The notes under the pieces are model-generated. The model was not told the DNA's origin, made no database searches, and saw only the letters and a list, made by a program, of their open reading frames with translations. From contig NIVC01001645.1 in the NCBI GenBank assembly GCA_002269645.1, forward strand, positions 124,001 to 188,000: 64,000 bases of DNA. Direction: 5' to 3'. This stretch comes from Macrostomum lignano (lineage: Eukaryota). The position numbers and the translations under genes are program-made. Below are positions 41,101 through 53,035 of this stretch, one piece after another; the first letter of the stretch is position 1, and every line of letters begins with the position of its first letter.

Positions 41101-44100
41101 GAGGAGAGAGGAGAAGGAGAGGAGAGAAGAGAGAGGAGAGGAGAGAGGAGAGGAGAGAGAAGAGAGGAGAGAGGAGAGAGGAGAGAGGAGAGAGGAGAGA
41201 GGAGAGAGGAGAGAATGTAGAGAAGGGAACTGAGAAGAGCCGCAAACCTTAATTGCTATGGCCGGATTGCTATTTTGAAGTTTCAAAGGACCCGAGGGCT
41301 GGATGGAGAGGCTCTGTGGGCCGCATGTGGCCTGATTAAAATAGAAAAAAAAGAATTTAATTAGAATTTTATTTAATTTAAAGTAGATAAGAGCGCGCAG
41401 TAGAAAGTCAGAAGGGGGTTGAAAAAGTTGTACACTCTTAGCTTGAGAGGCGATCGATAGCCGATGTACAGCAATTAAATAAGAATTTTTAAAAGGGCAG
41501 AGAGTAGATAAGGCCGCACACGCAAGACTGCGTCTTCTGAACCCCTTCAGGGCGGCATGTACGTCTGGAATCTGCAGAACAACTTCGTCCCCGGCCTGTC
41601 TCTGATCTTCATCGCCTTCTGCGACGCTGTAGCCATCGCCTGGCTGTACGGTGAGATCCGTGATCTTTGTCTGCGTTTCCCAGGCAAAGAAGTGCGAATG
41701 GATTTTAACGGCACAAAATAGTTGTAAAAATGATGCTTTAAAATTATCAAACTGGCGTAAATAAAACAAAAAAGTTGTCCCAAAAGCGCTTAATGAGTTT
41801 TCAAAATGGCGCTTGAATAGTCGTTATCAAAATGGCGCTTGAATAACTATCAAAATGGCGCTTGAATAGCTATCAAAATGGCGCTTGAATAGCTATCAAA
41901 ATGGCGCTTGAATAGCTATTAAAATGGCGCTTGGATAGCTATCAAAATGGCACTTGAATAGCTATCAAAATGGCGCTTGAATAACTATCAAAATGGCGCT
42001 TGAATAGCTATCAAAATGGCACTTGAATAGCTATCAAAATGGCGCTTGAATAGCTATCAAAATGGCACTTGAATAGCTATCAAAATGGCGCTTGAATAGC
42101 TATCAAAATGGCACTTGAATAGCTATCAAAATGGCGCTTGAATAGCTATTAAAATGGCGCTTGAATAGCTATCAAAATAGCACTTGAATAGCTATCAAAA
42201 TGGCGCTTGAATAGCTATCAAAATGGCGCTTGAATAGCTATCAAAATGGCGCTTGAATAGCTATTAAAATGGCGCTTGAATAGCTATCAAAATGGCGCTT
42301 GAATAGCTATTAAAATGGCGCTTGAATAGCTATCAAAATGGCACTTGAATAGCTATCAAAATGGCACTTACGAGTAAATAGCTATCAAAATGGCGCTTGA
42401 ATAGCTATTAAAATGGCGCTTGAATAGCTATCAAAATGGCGCTTGAATAGCTATCAAAATGGCACTTGAATAGCTATCAAAATGGCACTTGAATAGCTAT
42501 CAAAATGGCACTTGAATAGCTATCAAAATGGCACTTGAATAGCTATCAAAATGGCACTTGAATAGCTATCAAAATGGCACTTGAATAGCTATCAAAATGG
42601 CACTTGAATAGCTATCAAAATGGCGCTTGAATAACTATCAAAATGGCGCTTGAATAGCTATCAAAATGGCGCTTGAATAGCTATCAAAATGGCGCTTGAA
42701 TAGCTATTAAAATGGCGCTTGAATAGCTATCAAAATGGCACTTGAATAGCTATCAAAATGGCGCTTGAATAACTATCAAAATGGCGCTTGAATAGCTATC
42801 AAAATGGCACTTGAATAGCTATCAAAATGGCGCTTGAATAGCTATCAAAATGGCACTTGAATAGCTATCAAAATGGCGCTTGAATAGCTATTAAAATGGC
42901 GCTTGAATAGCTATCAAAATAGCACTTGAATAGCTATCAAAATGGCGCTTGAATAGCTATCAAAATGGCGCTTGAATAGCTATCAAAATGGCACTTAAAT
43001 AGCTATCAAAATGGCGCTTGAATAGCTATTAAAATGGCGCTTGAATAGCTATCAAAATGGCACTTGAATAGCTATCAAAATGGCACTTGAATAGCTATCA
43101 AAATGGCACTTGAATAGCTATCAAAATGGCACTTGAATAGCTATCAAAATGGCACTTGAATAGCTATCAAAATGGCACTTGAATAGCTATCAAAATGGCA
43201 CTTGAATAGCTATTAAAATGGCACTTGAATAGCTATCAAAATGGCACTTGAATAGCTATCAAAATGGCACTTGAATAGCTATCAAAATGGCACTTGAATA
43301 GCTATCAAAATGGCACTTGAATAGCTATCAAAATGGCACTTGAATAGCTATCAAAATGGCACTTGAATAGCTATCAAAATGGCGCTTGAATAGCTATCAA
43401 AATGGCGCTAAAATATTGATCAAAATGGCGCTAAAATATTGATCAAAATGGCGCTAAAATAATGATCAAAATGGCGCTAAAAAAGCTGCAAAAATTGGGC
43501 TTAAAATCTTTTTATTAATGCTAAAAAGGTATTTTAAAAAGTGATTTAAAGTATCGACCTAAAAAAGCCAAGGATGGAATAAAATAAAAGATCAATCTCT
43601 AAAATAGTGTATCTAAGTAAAACTAAACATTACTTTTTTACTTTTTCAGCCGCAATAGCAAACTACAGTAGAATTTAAAAAGTTGTGCAGCATTTAATTG
43701 AATCCATTCACGCTATGGTTTATTGAAGGAGATCTGCTGTCTGCTGTCTTCAGCCTCCAGTGCATGACCTCCCGCTGCGCCCGCTATTAAAGTGAGCAAT
43801 TAAAATCCAATTAACCTCCCACCACAGGTCTGGACGAGTTCTGCTCCGACATCAAGAATGCGATCGGCATCTCGCCTGGCATCTTCTGGCGCATCACCTG
43901 GAAGATCATATCGCCCGCGTTCATTCTGGTGCGTCTGGTGGCGCAAATTCTAATAATACCTAACCGCCTCAATTGTTTTCATATTGCAACGGTGCCATTA
44001 TATTACTGCTTTGCGTACTCGTAGTAGTCTAGCAGGAATTTTAGAATCTGGACAGGTTTCGTAGGGAAAGAAAGAAATTAAGAAATTATGAAACCTATGA

Positions 44101-45553
44101 GTAAGCTCTTAGAAACCATAGAAATCAAATTGACTCCCTTAAAAATCTATTAGTCACCTTATAAAAACTATTTTTGAAGCCTTATAAACCAGTTTTGCCT
44201 GGTTGGAAACCAACCAATTAGGCGTCCTTAGTAACCGGTTTATCCCCATGGAAAGCACACTACACACTAATCTAAGATTTTGGCATAAAGCTTTAGACTG
44301 GCGGATCCGGGGGTCTAGGAGGTTGGCCCTCAGAAAATTAGGGGGGGTCACAACCCCCCCGGTAAAAATTCTGAATCCGCCACTAAAGCTGAAAATGCCG
44401 CGACCCCATCTGCAGTGCATCATCGTGGCCACGATCTACACTTCGTTCGACACGACCAGCTATTTGTACTTTTACGCCTACTCGATGTACCACCCGGAGC
44501 TGTTTCCCAATCGCACGTCGGACGGCGTCTATTTGTACTTTTATTCGGATTCGGCCAAAGCGATCGGCTGGACGCTGACCCTGGTGCAGATTGCGGCCAT
44601 CTTCCTGTTCGCCATCATCGCTATCGTTCAGTACAGGGTGAGGGGCTGGGGACCGCGTCAATATGTAGTCAGTAAACTGTTGAATGATAGCAGACCAAAA
44701 ATAATATATATTTGAATCTATTAATCAATCATTCAAGGAACTAGTGTACTATTGCATCAATAAGCCAATCAATCAATTTACCAGTCAATTTAACCGACAA
44801 GTTAACCAATCAACAAATCAATAAATCAATAAATCAATAAATCAATCAATCAATCAATCAATCAACAAGTCAACCAATCAATCAATAAATCCATCAATCA
44901 ACAAATCAACAAATCCATCAATCAATCAATCAATCAACAAATCAACAAATCCATCGATCAATCAATCAATCAATCAATCAACAAATCAACAAATCCATCT
45001 ATCAATCAATCAATCAACAAATAAACAAATCCATCAATCAATCAGTCAACAAATCAACAAATCCATCAATCAATCAATCAATCAACAAATCCATCAATAA
45101 ATCCATCAATCAACAAATTCATCAATCAATCAATCAATCAACAAATCCATCAATAAATCCATCAATCAATCAATCAATCAGTCAACAAATCCATCAATCA
45201 ATCAACTCAACACCCTGCAGAGCGTGCTGAAGGCGATCTCGCCGGTGTGGCAGCACGCGGCCATCGATTCGGGCGGCAGCAGGACCCGGGCCTCCTGGCG
45301 GCACTGGCTTAGCCTGGGTCCCACAAACGTGTTCCCCCTGCGGCAGCTCTGCCCGGCCAAGCTGCCAGTCACCGACCTGACTGGCCAGCAGTCGGTCGAC
45401 GGCGAAGGCGACGAGTTGCAGTCGCGCCGGCGACGTCAGGATCAGCAGCACGAGAACGGCGGCTACATCGGCAGCGAGGCCTCGGCTGCCAGAGGCGGCA
45501 GATATCAGGCCGACGTTCTTGACGGAGGCGCGATCGAGATCCACTATAAATAA
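32107..45553 (+). CDS. SLC6 Na+-dependent neurotransmitter transporter, monoamine (DAT/NET-like) type, divergent
   Basis: Exons 32107-32239, 33150-33510, 37853-38123, 38750-38978, 39655-39767, 40658-40801, 41551-41650, 43828-43928, 44416-44637, 45221-45553; all GT-AG and phase-consistent. [62 protein letters not shown]. Confidence 0.95.
32268..33050. repeat. G-rich 14-15-bp arrays (GGGGAATGGGGAAC / GGGGAATGGGTAACA)n, SLC6 intron 1
   Basis: Read directly. Confidence 0.95.
33525..34200. repeat. 20-bp minisatellite (TCAGATCCGAACTGACACAC)n, SLC6 intron 2
   Basis: Read directly. Confidence 0.96.
34760..36755. repeat. 20-bp minisatellite (GAGAGTGCCAGAAGAGACAG)n, SLC6 intron 2
   Basis: About 100 variant units. 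Confidence 0.96.
37478..37585. repeat. Short 21-bp array (AGGGGAATTAGTGACAGGTAG)n, SLC6 intron 2
   Basis: Same unit as 39807-40262. Confidence 0.85.
38420..38740. repeat. 15-bp C-rich array (CCCCAAATCCCATAT)n, SLC6 intron 3
   Basis: Runs almost to the acceptor at 38748-38749. Confidence 0.93.
39165..39535. repeat. 30-bp array with 90-bp higher-order period, SLC6 intron 4
   Basis: Three variants cycle; one contains the near-palindrome TACTTTTAATGATCATTAAAGTA. Confidence 0.95.
39807..40262. repeat. 21-bp array (AGGGGAATTAGTGACAGGTAG)n, SLC6 intron 5
   Basis: Read directly. Confidence 0.95.
40940..41340 (-). mobile_element. Second copy of the Charlie-like MITE with an expanded (GAGAG)-type microsatellite, SLC6 intron 6
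   Basis: Reverse complement CCCTCGGGTCCTTTGAAACTTCAAAATAGCAAT matches ~13654-13688. End TGCCCACCCATGATTTA matches ~14079-14095. Confidence 0.65.
41830..43490. repeat. 23-bp minisatellite (CAAAATGGCGCTTGAATAGCTAT)n, SLC6 intron 7
   Basis: About 70 units; period 23. Confidence 0.97.
44289..44390. mobile_element. ~100-bp fold-back, MITE-like element, SLC6 intron 8
   Basis: AGCTTTAG(AC)TGGCGGAT at the left; its inverse ATCCGCCACTAAAGCT at the right; internal G7/C7 runs. Confidence 0.5.
44760..45207. repeat. (TCAA)n-type microsatellite, SLC6 intron 9
   Basis: Read directly. Confidence 0.95.
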
Positions 45554-46547
45554 ATATGTGACGATTCACGCGCAGCGCATTACTGCTGGCTATTATGTGA
45601 GGACTAGTAGCGTAGTGAGAATAGTAAGCCTATTTTACACGACGAAAGTCTGTCTTTTTTTCCGGAATAGAGATTTTGGCGCAAATTTAAATTTGAATCA
45701 ATTTGAACAGTAAAGTTTGCGTACACTGTACAATCACCATTGTCTAACGTTAACCTCAACACGCACCATTGCACATGTTAAATTGGTACTGTGTATTACA
45801 ATTTTTATCAACATTTTCCTAATTATTTCTTTCTCGAATTTATAAATTAACAAAAACACACCTTATTATAGCAGTGTAAGCGTTTTACTTTATAAAAAAA
45901 CAATATACTAGAGCCGCCGCAAATATCTACAAATATAAAAAAACTGTTATAAGAGCGCACGCAATTGTGTATTTGTTTCATTTTAAATCAAAGAATTGCT
46001 ATTATATTGACAGTTGCAAGATACAAGTGGGTAAAGACACAAGCTCGAAATAGAGTTCATCCGCTTACCGATTACCGCATGCAAAAAAATAAATGTCAAT
46101 TTTTTCTAAGCTGCATAAATTTAATAGAAATAAATAGAAGTGCCTCCGACAGGTGACTAAAAATAATTGATATTGCGATATAAACGAATGTATAGAGAGA
46201 TATTAGATTCAGTTGATACAATTGTACGAGCTATAAGGTCACTCCGGTAGGATAATAAATCACTGTTATTAACAGCCTGTATTGCCTGCGCAGAAATATT
46301 AACAAAAACAATAAAACAATATCAAGCAGAATTCCATAATTACTAGAACACGAGAAGCAAGCGAGAGAAGGTCCCAAATAATCTAAGAAGGTAAAGACAT
46401 ATTTGCATATTTGCATATTTGCATATTAGTTAAGACTAAACGTGTTAATGTTTATTGTGTGTTTAACAATTTCAGGGGAAATAAAATTATCTTTCGTTTC
46501 ATTAAAGACAAAATTAATTTCGCCTTTGCCGAGGAGTTGGGTAGCTG

Positions 46548-47396
46548 GGGATCAGATAGGATCAAGACTGCAATCGGGGATTAGATGGGATCAAGACTGC
46601 AATCGGGGATTAGATGGGATCAAGACTGCAATCGGGGATTAGATGGGATCAAGACTGCAATCAGGGATTAGATGGGATCAAGACTGCAATCAGGGATTAG
46701 ATGGGATCAAGACTGCAATCAGGGATTAGATGGGATCAAGACTGCAATCGGGGATTAGATGGGATCAAGACTGCAATCAGGGATTAGATGGGATCAAGAC
46801 TGCAATCGGGGATTAGGTGGGATCAAGACTGCAATCAGGGATTAGATGGGATCAAGACTGCAATCGGGGATTAGGTGGGATCAAGACTGCAATCAGGGAT
46901 TAGATGGGATCAAGACTGCAATCGGGGATTAGATGGGATCAAGACTGCAATCAGGGATTAGGTGGGATCAAGACTGCAATCAGGGATTAGATGGGATCAA
47001 GACTCCCAGTAGGATTAGATGGGATCAAGACTCCCAGTAGGATTCGATGGGATCAAGACTCCCAGTAGGATTCGATGGGATCAAGACTCCCAGTAGGATT
47101 AGATGGGATCAAGACTCCCAGTAGGATTAGATGGGATCAAGACTGCCAGTAGGATTAGATGGGATCAAGACTGCAATCAGGGATTAGGTGGGATCAAGAC
47201 TCCCAGTAGGATTAGATGGGATCAAGACTGCAATCAGGGATTAGGTGGGATCAAGACTCCCAGTAGGATTAGATGGGATCAAGACTGCAATCAGGGATTA
47301 GGTGGGATCAAGACTCCCAGTAGGATTAGATGGGATCAAGACTGCAATCAGGGATTAGGTGGGATCAAGACTCCCAGTAGGATTAGATGGGATTAA
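46548..47396. repeat. 29-bp minisatellite (GGGATTAGATGGGATCAAGACTGCAATCG)n at the SGPP stop codon and 3'UTR
   Basis: Two unit variants; the terminal unit overlaps the CDS end. Confidence 0.95.
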
Positions 47397-50300
47397 GATC
47401 GGTGAAGGCGATAATCCGCTCGATGCCGATGCGCCTGAACAGGATGGGGCAGGTGTAAACAACATTAAATGACACCAAACTGTAGGTGACAAATTTGTAC
47501 GGCAGTTCCACCTGCAGCAGCTGCAGATTGGCGGCTTTTTCCTCCGGGTCCAGGCCGTACAGGAGACACAGGCATCTGTAGGTCAGCGCCTTCATAGCGC
47601 TGCGGGTGGCAATGAGCACAGTGCCGCCCAGGGCCATCCGCATTGCTGTGCTTCCCAAGAACTCGAGGTCTGGGAACTTCACCGCGTAGGGCGGCGGCGC
47701 CGGCGGCCGGTTATAGAATCCCTGCAAGGCCGGGGTGTCAATGAACCTGAAGGAATCTTAATGAACCTGAAGGAATCTTAATGAACCTGAAGGAATCTGA
47801 ATGAACCTGAAGGAATCTGAATGAACCTGAAGGAATCTTAATGAACCTGAAGGAATCTGAATGAACCTGAAGGAATCCTAATGAACCTGAAGGAATCTAA
47901 ATGAACATGAAGAAATCTTAATGAACCTGAAGGAATCTGAATGAACCTGAAGGAATCTGAATGAACCTGAAGGTATCTTAATGAACCTGAAGGAATCTTA
48001 ATGAACCTGAAGGAATCTAATGAACCTGAAGGAATCTTAATGAACCTGAAGGAATCTAATGAACCTGAAGGAATCCTAATGAACCTGAAGGAATCCTAAT
48101 GAACCTGAAGGAATCTTAATGAACCTGAAGGAATCTTAATGAACCTGAAAGAATTTAAATGAACCTGAAGAAATCTTAATGAACCTGAAGGAATCTGAAT
48201 GAGCTGAAGGAATCTGAATGAACCTGAAGGAGTTTTAATGAACCTGAAGGAACCTAAATGAAGAGGAGCTTCTGAATGAAATTGCAGACCAGCTCACCTG
48301 CCGATAGGCCAGCCAGGAGGCCACGGAGACGCCGCACATCACAGCCACAGTCATGCTAGAGTCGCCCCGAGCCGAATTCCACTGATCCAATTTCGGATAA
48401 GAGCAGCAGAGCAGCAGCAACACCAGCGGGATAATCACCGGTGCCCAGGGATGGGTCAGCTGGAAATTGTCCATCGAGTCGAGCAGCGGCGAAATTCCGG
48501 CTAAGAAGGCGACGCCGAACAGCGCGCCACCGGTGACGTCCTGAGTTGTATAAAAAGAGATTAGTGAAATATTCTATTGTTGTCTACTCTGAGTAGGCGA
48601 TTGAAGGCGCTGCCGCTTTTTCTTAAGAACCGGTTTGCGTATCGATAGTTTAAATATATTCTCAAAAACAGCTAAGCAACCCTTGGTTTTCGCTGGCGCA
48701 CAGCAGCGCACTTCCCAAATGAAATGGCGCTCTTCCCAAATAAAATGGCGCCCTTCCCAAATCAAATGGCGCCCTTCCCAAATGAAATGGCGCCCTTCCC
48801 AAATGAAATGGCGCTCTTCCCAAATGAAATGGCGCCCTTCCCAAATGAAATGGCGCTCTTCCCAAATGTAATGGCGCTCTTCCCAAATGAAATGGCGCTC
48901 ATCCCAAATGAAATGGCGCCCTTCCCAAATAAAATGGCGCCCTTCCCAAATCAAATGGCACCCTTCCCAAATGAAATGGCGCCTTTCTTAAATAAAATGG
49001 CGCCTTCCCCAAATGAAATGGCGCCCTTCCCAAATAAAATGGCACCCTTCCCAAATGACATGGCGCCCTGAATTCTATAAAAGCGCAAATCAGAACAATC
49101 CGTCCGTTATAAATGGGAATGCATCGATCAATTTAATTGCATAATTTCGCTACAATTTTATTCAAGTGCATTTTCATCACGCCTACTATACTACTTAAAG
49201 CCGTTCAGTAGTTCACTCCGGATGCCTGACACGACACTAAACAACATACACCAGAGAAAACATACAGACACAACTACTTATAACTTGTAGTTCCATTGAT
49301 TATAAGGTAGCTTTTATTATTTATTACATTGCGCTTTTAGTTAATTATAAATTTCGCTCATGAAAAAAAACTTATGAAAAACTTTAACTTCTCATACCGA
49401 ACTGGCCATGTAATTGAAAAAGTACGCGATGAACTTACCAGAACGCTGTGCATGCCCAGGTAGATTCTGCTCAGGCAGACCAGGACAGACCACATTGAGC
49501 ACAGCAGGAACCCCAGCTCTGTTGAGTACTGGGAAAGCAGAATGGAACAGTGGATAAAAAACTCTTCCATAGAGTGATTAGAGGTGACGCCTAAACCTTC
49601 AACTCAGTGACAAATGGCAGAATGTCACTGCATTCATCTCAAACCTTCAACTCAGTGACAATGGCAGAATGTCACTGCATTCATCTCAGTGACAAATAGC
49701 AGAATGTCACTGCATTCATCTCAGTGACAAATGGCAGAATGTCACTGCATTCATCTCAGTGACAAATGGCAGAATGTCACTGCATTCATCTCAGTGACAA
49801 ATGGCAGAGTGTCACTGCATTCATCTCAGTGACAAATGGCAGAATGTCACTGCATTCATCTCAGTGACAAATGGCAGAATGTCACTGCATTCATCTCAGT
49901 GACAAATAGCAGTACAATTCTGCATCGCAATGTTCTCAAGCATCATAGAGCTGTCAGTTTATAACAAAAAATTGCTAAATTTGCCAAAAATCGACCAAAT
50001 CATTGATATTACTGCCTAAAATGAAGTTCTAGTTCTCTCAGGCGAGCAAACACAATGCCCAGAGCTTTATTGGCTCACACGGCAAAAAAAAGTTCGCCTT
50101 GAGCAAACACTAGCTGTCAAACAAAAAGGCTGTCAATACAGGGGAATACCGCTCAGAACCGTAAGCTGCATCTGAAACGAAGGTAGCTAATTAGTATAAA
50201 AGGTTGGTACTCAATCAGCTTCCCAAAAAATTGAATACACAGATATGCGACGTTGAGATAATAATTTTGGTAGCTTTTTTATAGGCTAAACGTAGATTAG

Positions 50301-51766
50301 AACCGTATTTGTCTGTCCAATCAGTGCTTGCTGACAGGAGAATTTGCTTAATAAATCACCGCTGGTCATTGATAAGGACCACATGATTACAGGATGAAGC
50401 TATCGCTGAATGGTTTAGCGATAATTAAAAACAAATCTATGAGACAGGATTTTGCTGCGCCGAAATTATTCCATGGCTGAATATAGATTCTCGTTGCAAG
50501 GATTTGGGATTACTATGGAATTAGGCTTTAAGTACCATGGATTCGAGATTAGACACCTGGGATTCTGAAATAAAATACCTGGATTATGGAGTAAGACCTG
50601 GAATTTTCAAGTAAAACACCTGAATTCTGGATTAAAACACCTGGGATTCTGAACAAAAACACCTGGGATTAGAAACAAAAACACGTGTGATTCTGAAAAA
50701 AACACCTGGGATTCTGAACAAAAACACCTGTGAATCTGAACAAAAACACCTGGGATTCTGAACAAAGACACCTGTGAATCTGAACAAAAACACCTGTGAA
50801 TCTGAACAAAAACACCTGTGATTCTGAACAAAAACACCTGGGATTAGAAACAAAACACCTGGGATTAGAAACAAAAACACCTGGGATTAGAAACAAAAAC
50901 ACCTGGGATTCTGAAAAAAACACTTGGGATTAGAAACAAAAACACCTGGGATTAGAAACAAAAACACCTGGGATTCTGAACAAAAACACCTGGTCACCAC
51001 TGCAGCCACCCATCACCTCATGCATCACCGCTGCAACCTGATCAAGTGACGATGTTCAACTCACCAAGTAGCGATTCCTGGTGAGCAGGAACAGTGAAAA
51101 CGGCACAACAATCGCTGTAGTCGCGTGAGTAGACGGAAAGCCGTACTCAAGTTCGTATCGCCTCTCCAGTTTAGCCACAGGCGGACTGGCTGGCCTAGGA
51201 CTCCTAATGAGGTCCTTGAGAGCCTGGCCGAACCACATTGAGAAGCCCCAGGCGATGACAACCCGACGACAAACGTAGCCATCAACGTTCCAGAACCAGT
51301 AGGGGAAAAATGTACAGTTGAATTCCTCATTGCCAAGCATTGCACCGAATGTGAACAGATGATAGAGGAATAGATTCTTAATCTTGTAATCAACGTTGTT
51401 TCGCATCGAATAGTCCATTAAAGTGTTTTGTACTCGACATTTTACACTATCTGTCCAAGATTGCGATTTGACGTCCTCGGCTACAGCGCTGTGAATTTTA
51501 TTCTTTTGCTGTTGCTGCTTGCCGCCAGCTGTGCTGCTCTGTGCTCTGCGCCGGACCGCAGCTGCAGTTATCGATGCGTCCTCGGCCCCGGAGTCCGTCA
51601 GATCCGTATCGCAGTTATTATTGGAGTCCTCATCTTCTTCCTCCTCGTCCATAGAGTTCAATCCGCTGTCCTTGTAGCCAATGTCGATGCCGCAGACATC
51701 CTGAAAGCTGGCTACCAGCTTTGGATTATTCAACTGCTCCACCAGGTGCTTGATAGATTCCAGCAT
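47383..51766 (-). CDS. SGPP1: Sphingosine-1-phosphate phosphatase (PAP2 family)
   Basis: Exons 51766-51065, 49528-49439, 48540-48298, 47721-47383. Motifs KDLIRSPRP, EYGFPSTH, SRIYLGMHSVL|DV, WNSARGD, VELPYKFVTY. SGPP1 versus SGPP2 orthology is not resolvable. Confidence 0.93.
47750..48262. repeat. 20-bp minisatellite (AATGAACCTGAAGGAATCTT)n, SGPP intron 3
   Basis: Read directly. Confidence 0.95.
48716..49070. repeat. 21-bp minisatellite (AAATGAAATGGCGCCCTTCCC)n, SGPP intron 2
   Basis: Read directly. Confidence 0.95.
49600..49912. repeat. 35-bp minisatellite (CAGTGACAAATGGCAGAATGTCACTGCATTCATCT)n, SGPP intron 1
   Basis: Each unit has an 8-bp inverted repeat CAGTGACA/TGTCACTG. Confidence 0.95.
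50560..50993. repeat. ~22-bp minisatellite (CTGGGATTCTGAACAAAAACAC)n, SGPP intron 1
   Basis: Read directly. Confidence 0.93.
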
Positions 51767-52912
51767 CGCTTGTCCTGCAGGCTCGTCAGCTACACGGGAA
51801 TTCTATATAAGCCAGCGTCTTATATCCTAGTAGCTTTGCTAACAACGCCCTTTACGCTGACGTCTATTGGATCAGCCAATTGCAGGGCGAACGCCCTGCA
51901 AAAAATATGCGCCAGCCACTGTTAGCGGGTGATACTCGGGGTAGGGTTTTTTGAGGCTGTGAAATTTTTTCAATCATAAAAGTGATGGGGGAAGCTGTAG
52001 AGCAGGATAGGATGTGTACTTTTATGTGACAAGTCAGACAGTGGACTCAGAGGGCCCGGGGGCGACAGAGGTCTGAGAATTCGGGATAAAGGACGACAAG
52101 GCGAGGTAAAATTGATTGAGATTTCTAAAAATAGCACGCACAGGTGCCTCCTGTCTGCTCAAAACCAAAGACACGACGGTAGGTCAAGGTAGGCCCCTCT
52201 GTGTGACCGTAATCAGTTCATAATTTTCAGTGCAATCGATGTTAAGAGAAAATAGGGAGGGAAAGAGATTTGAACCAAATGCTATCCTACTGACGGGCAT
52301 CTGACAGAAGAGCTGCATGCACGGTAGCAGGACTGAGCGCACGAATGCATGGCGTGTTCCTTTCCAGTACGGGCCAACTTTAGTATTCTGATGAGCTGCC
52401 CATGGCGTGACAGAGCAGAGGGGGGAGAGCAGAGCAGGACAAATGAGCAAAGCAAATGGCAAGCATAGGACTGATACAAATCGATCGAACCAGATTAGAG
52501 GCTCACTGCTGTCTCAAAATCGATGAGTTCGACCAACCTACAAGTCTTAATGAGGCTCAAGTTCGTTGCTCGAGTGTGCATTAACCAGAGAAACACGATC
52601 TAATTATTTCTGTTTTCTCTATTTTCCGAATCTAAATAAGGTCGATACGGCCCAGTAAATTCAACTGCAGGTCAGCGAATTTGCCGAACGCACCGCTACA
52701 AAGTTAAGCAGAGCTGATCGCGGTTAGTACGCAGCTAAATAGACTGCTTGCGTCGCCTCTCAACTCAAAGCAGCCGCCGTGAGCGAGATGGGCAAATTAA
52801 TTTGAGCTCTGCAGTTTAACTCCGGCAGTGATCAAGTAGCATAGTAAAATATGATAGCAAAATATGATAGTAAAATATGATTGAAATACTTTTTAACTAT
52901 TGCACTTTGATT

Positions 52913-53035
52913 GGGTTTGTAGCCTAGTGGTTAGAGTGTCGGACTCACGACTGAAAGGTCGGGGGTTCGATTCTCAACTCACTCGCAACCATTTGTGTCC
53001 TTGAGCACGACACTTAACTCTGCATTGCTTCAGTT
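52913..53035 (+). mobile_element. tRNA head plus CORE portion of the same SINE family
   Basis: GTAGCCTAGTGGTTAGAGTGTCGGACTCACGACTGAAAGGTCGGGGGTTCGATTCTC...TGTGTCCTTGAGCACGACACTTAACTCTGCATTGCTT is nearly identical to 10879-10970. Confidence 0.8.

Noticed and set aside
52913-52985. tRNA gene (also B-box-like motifs at ~10795 and ~63095)
   Set aside because: The acceptor and anticodon stems do not pair, there is no T-run terminator, and the head continues into a CORE domain, indicating a SINE.
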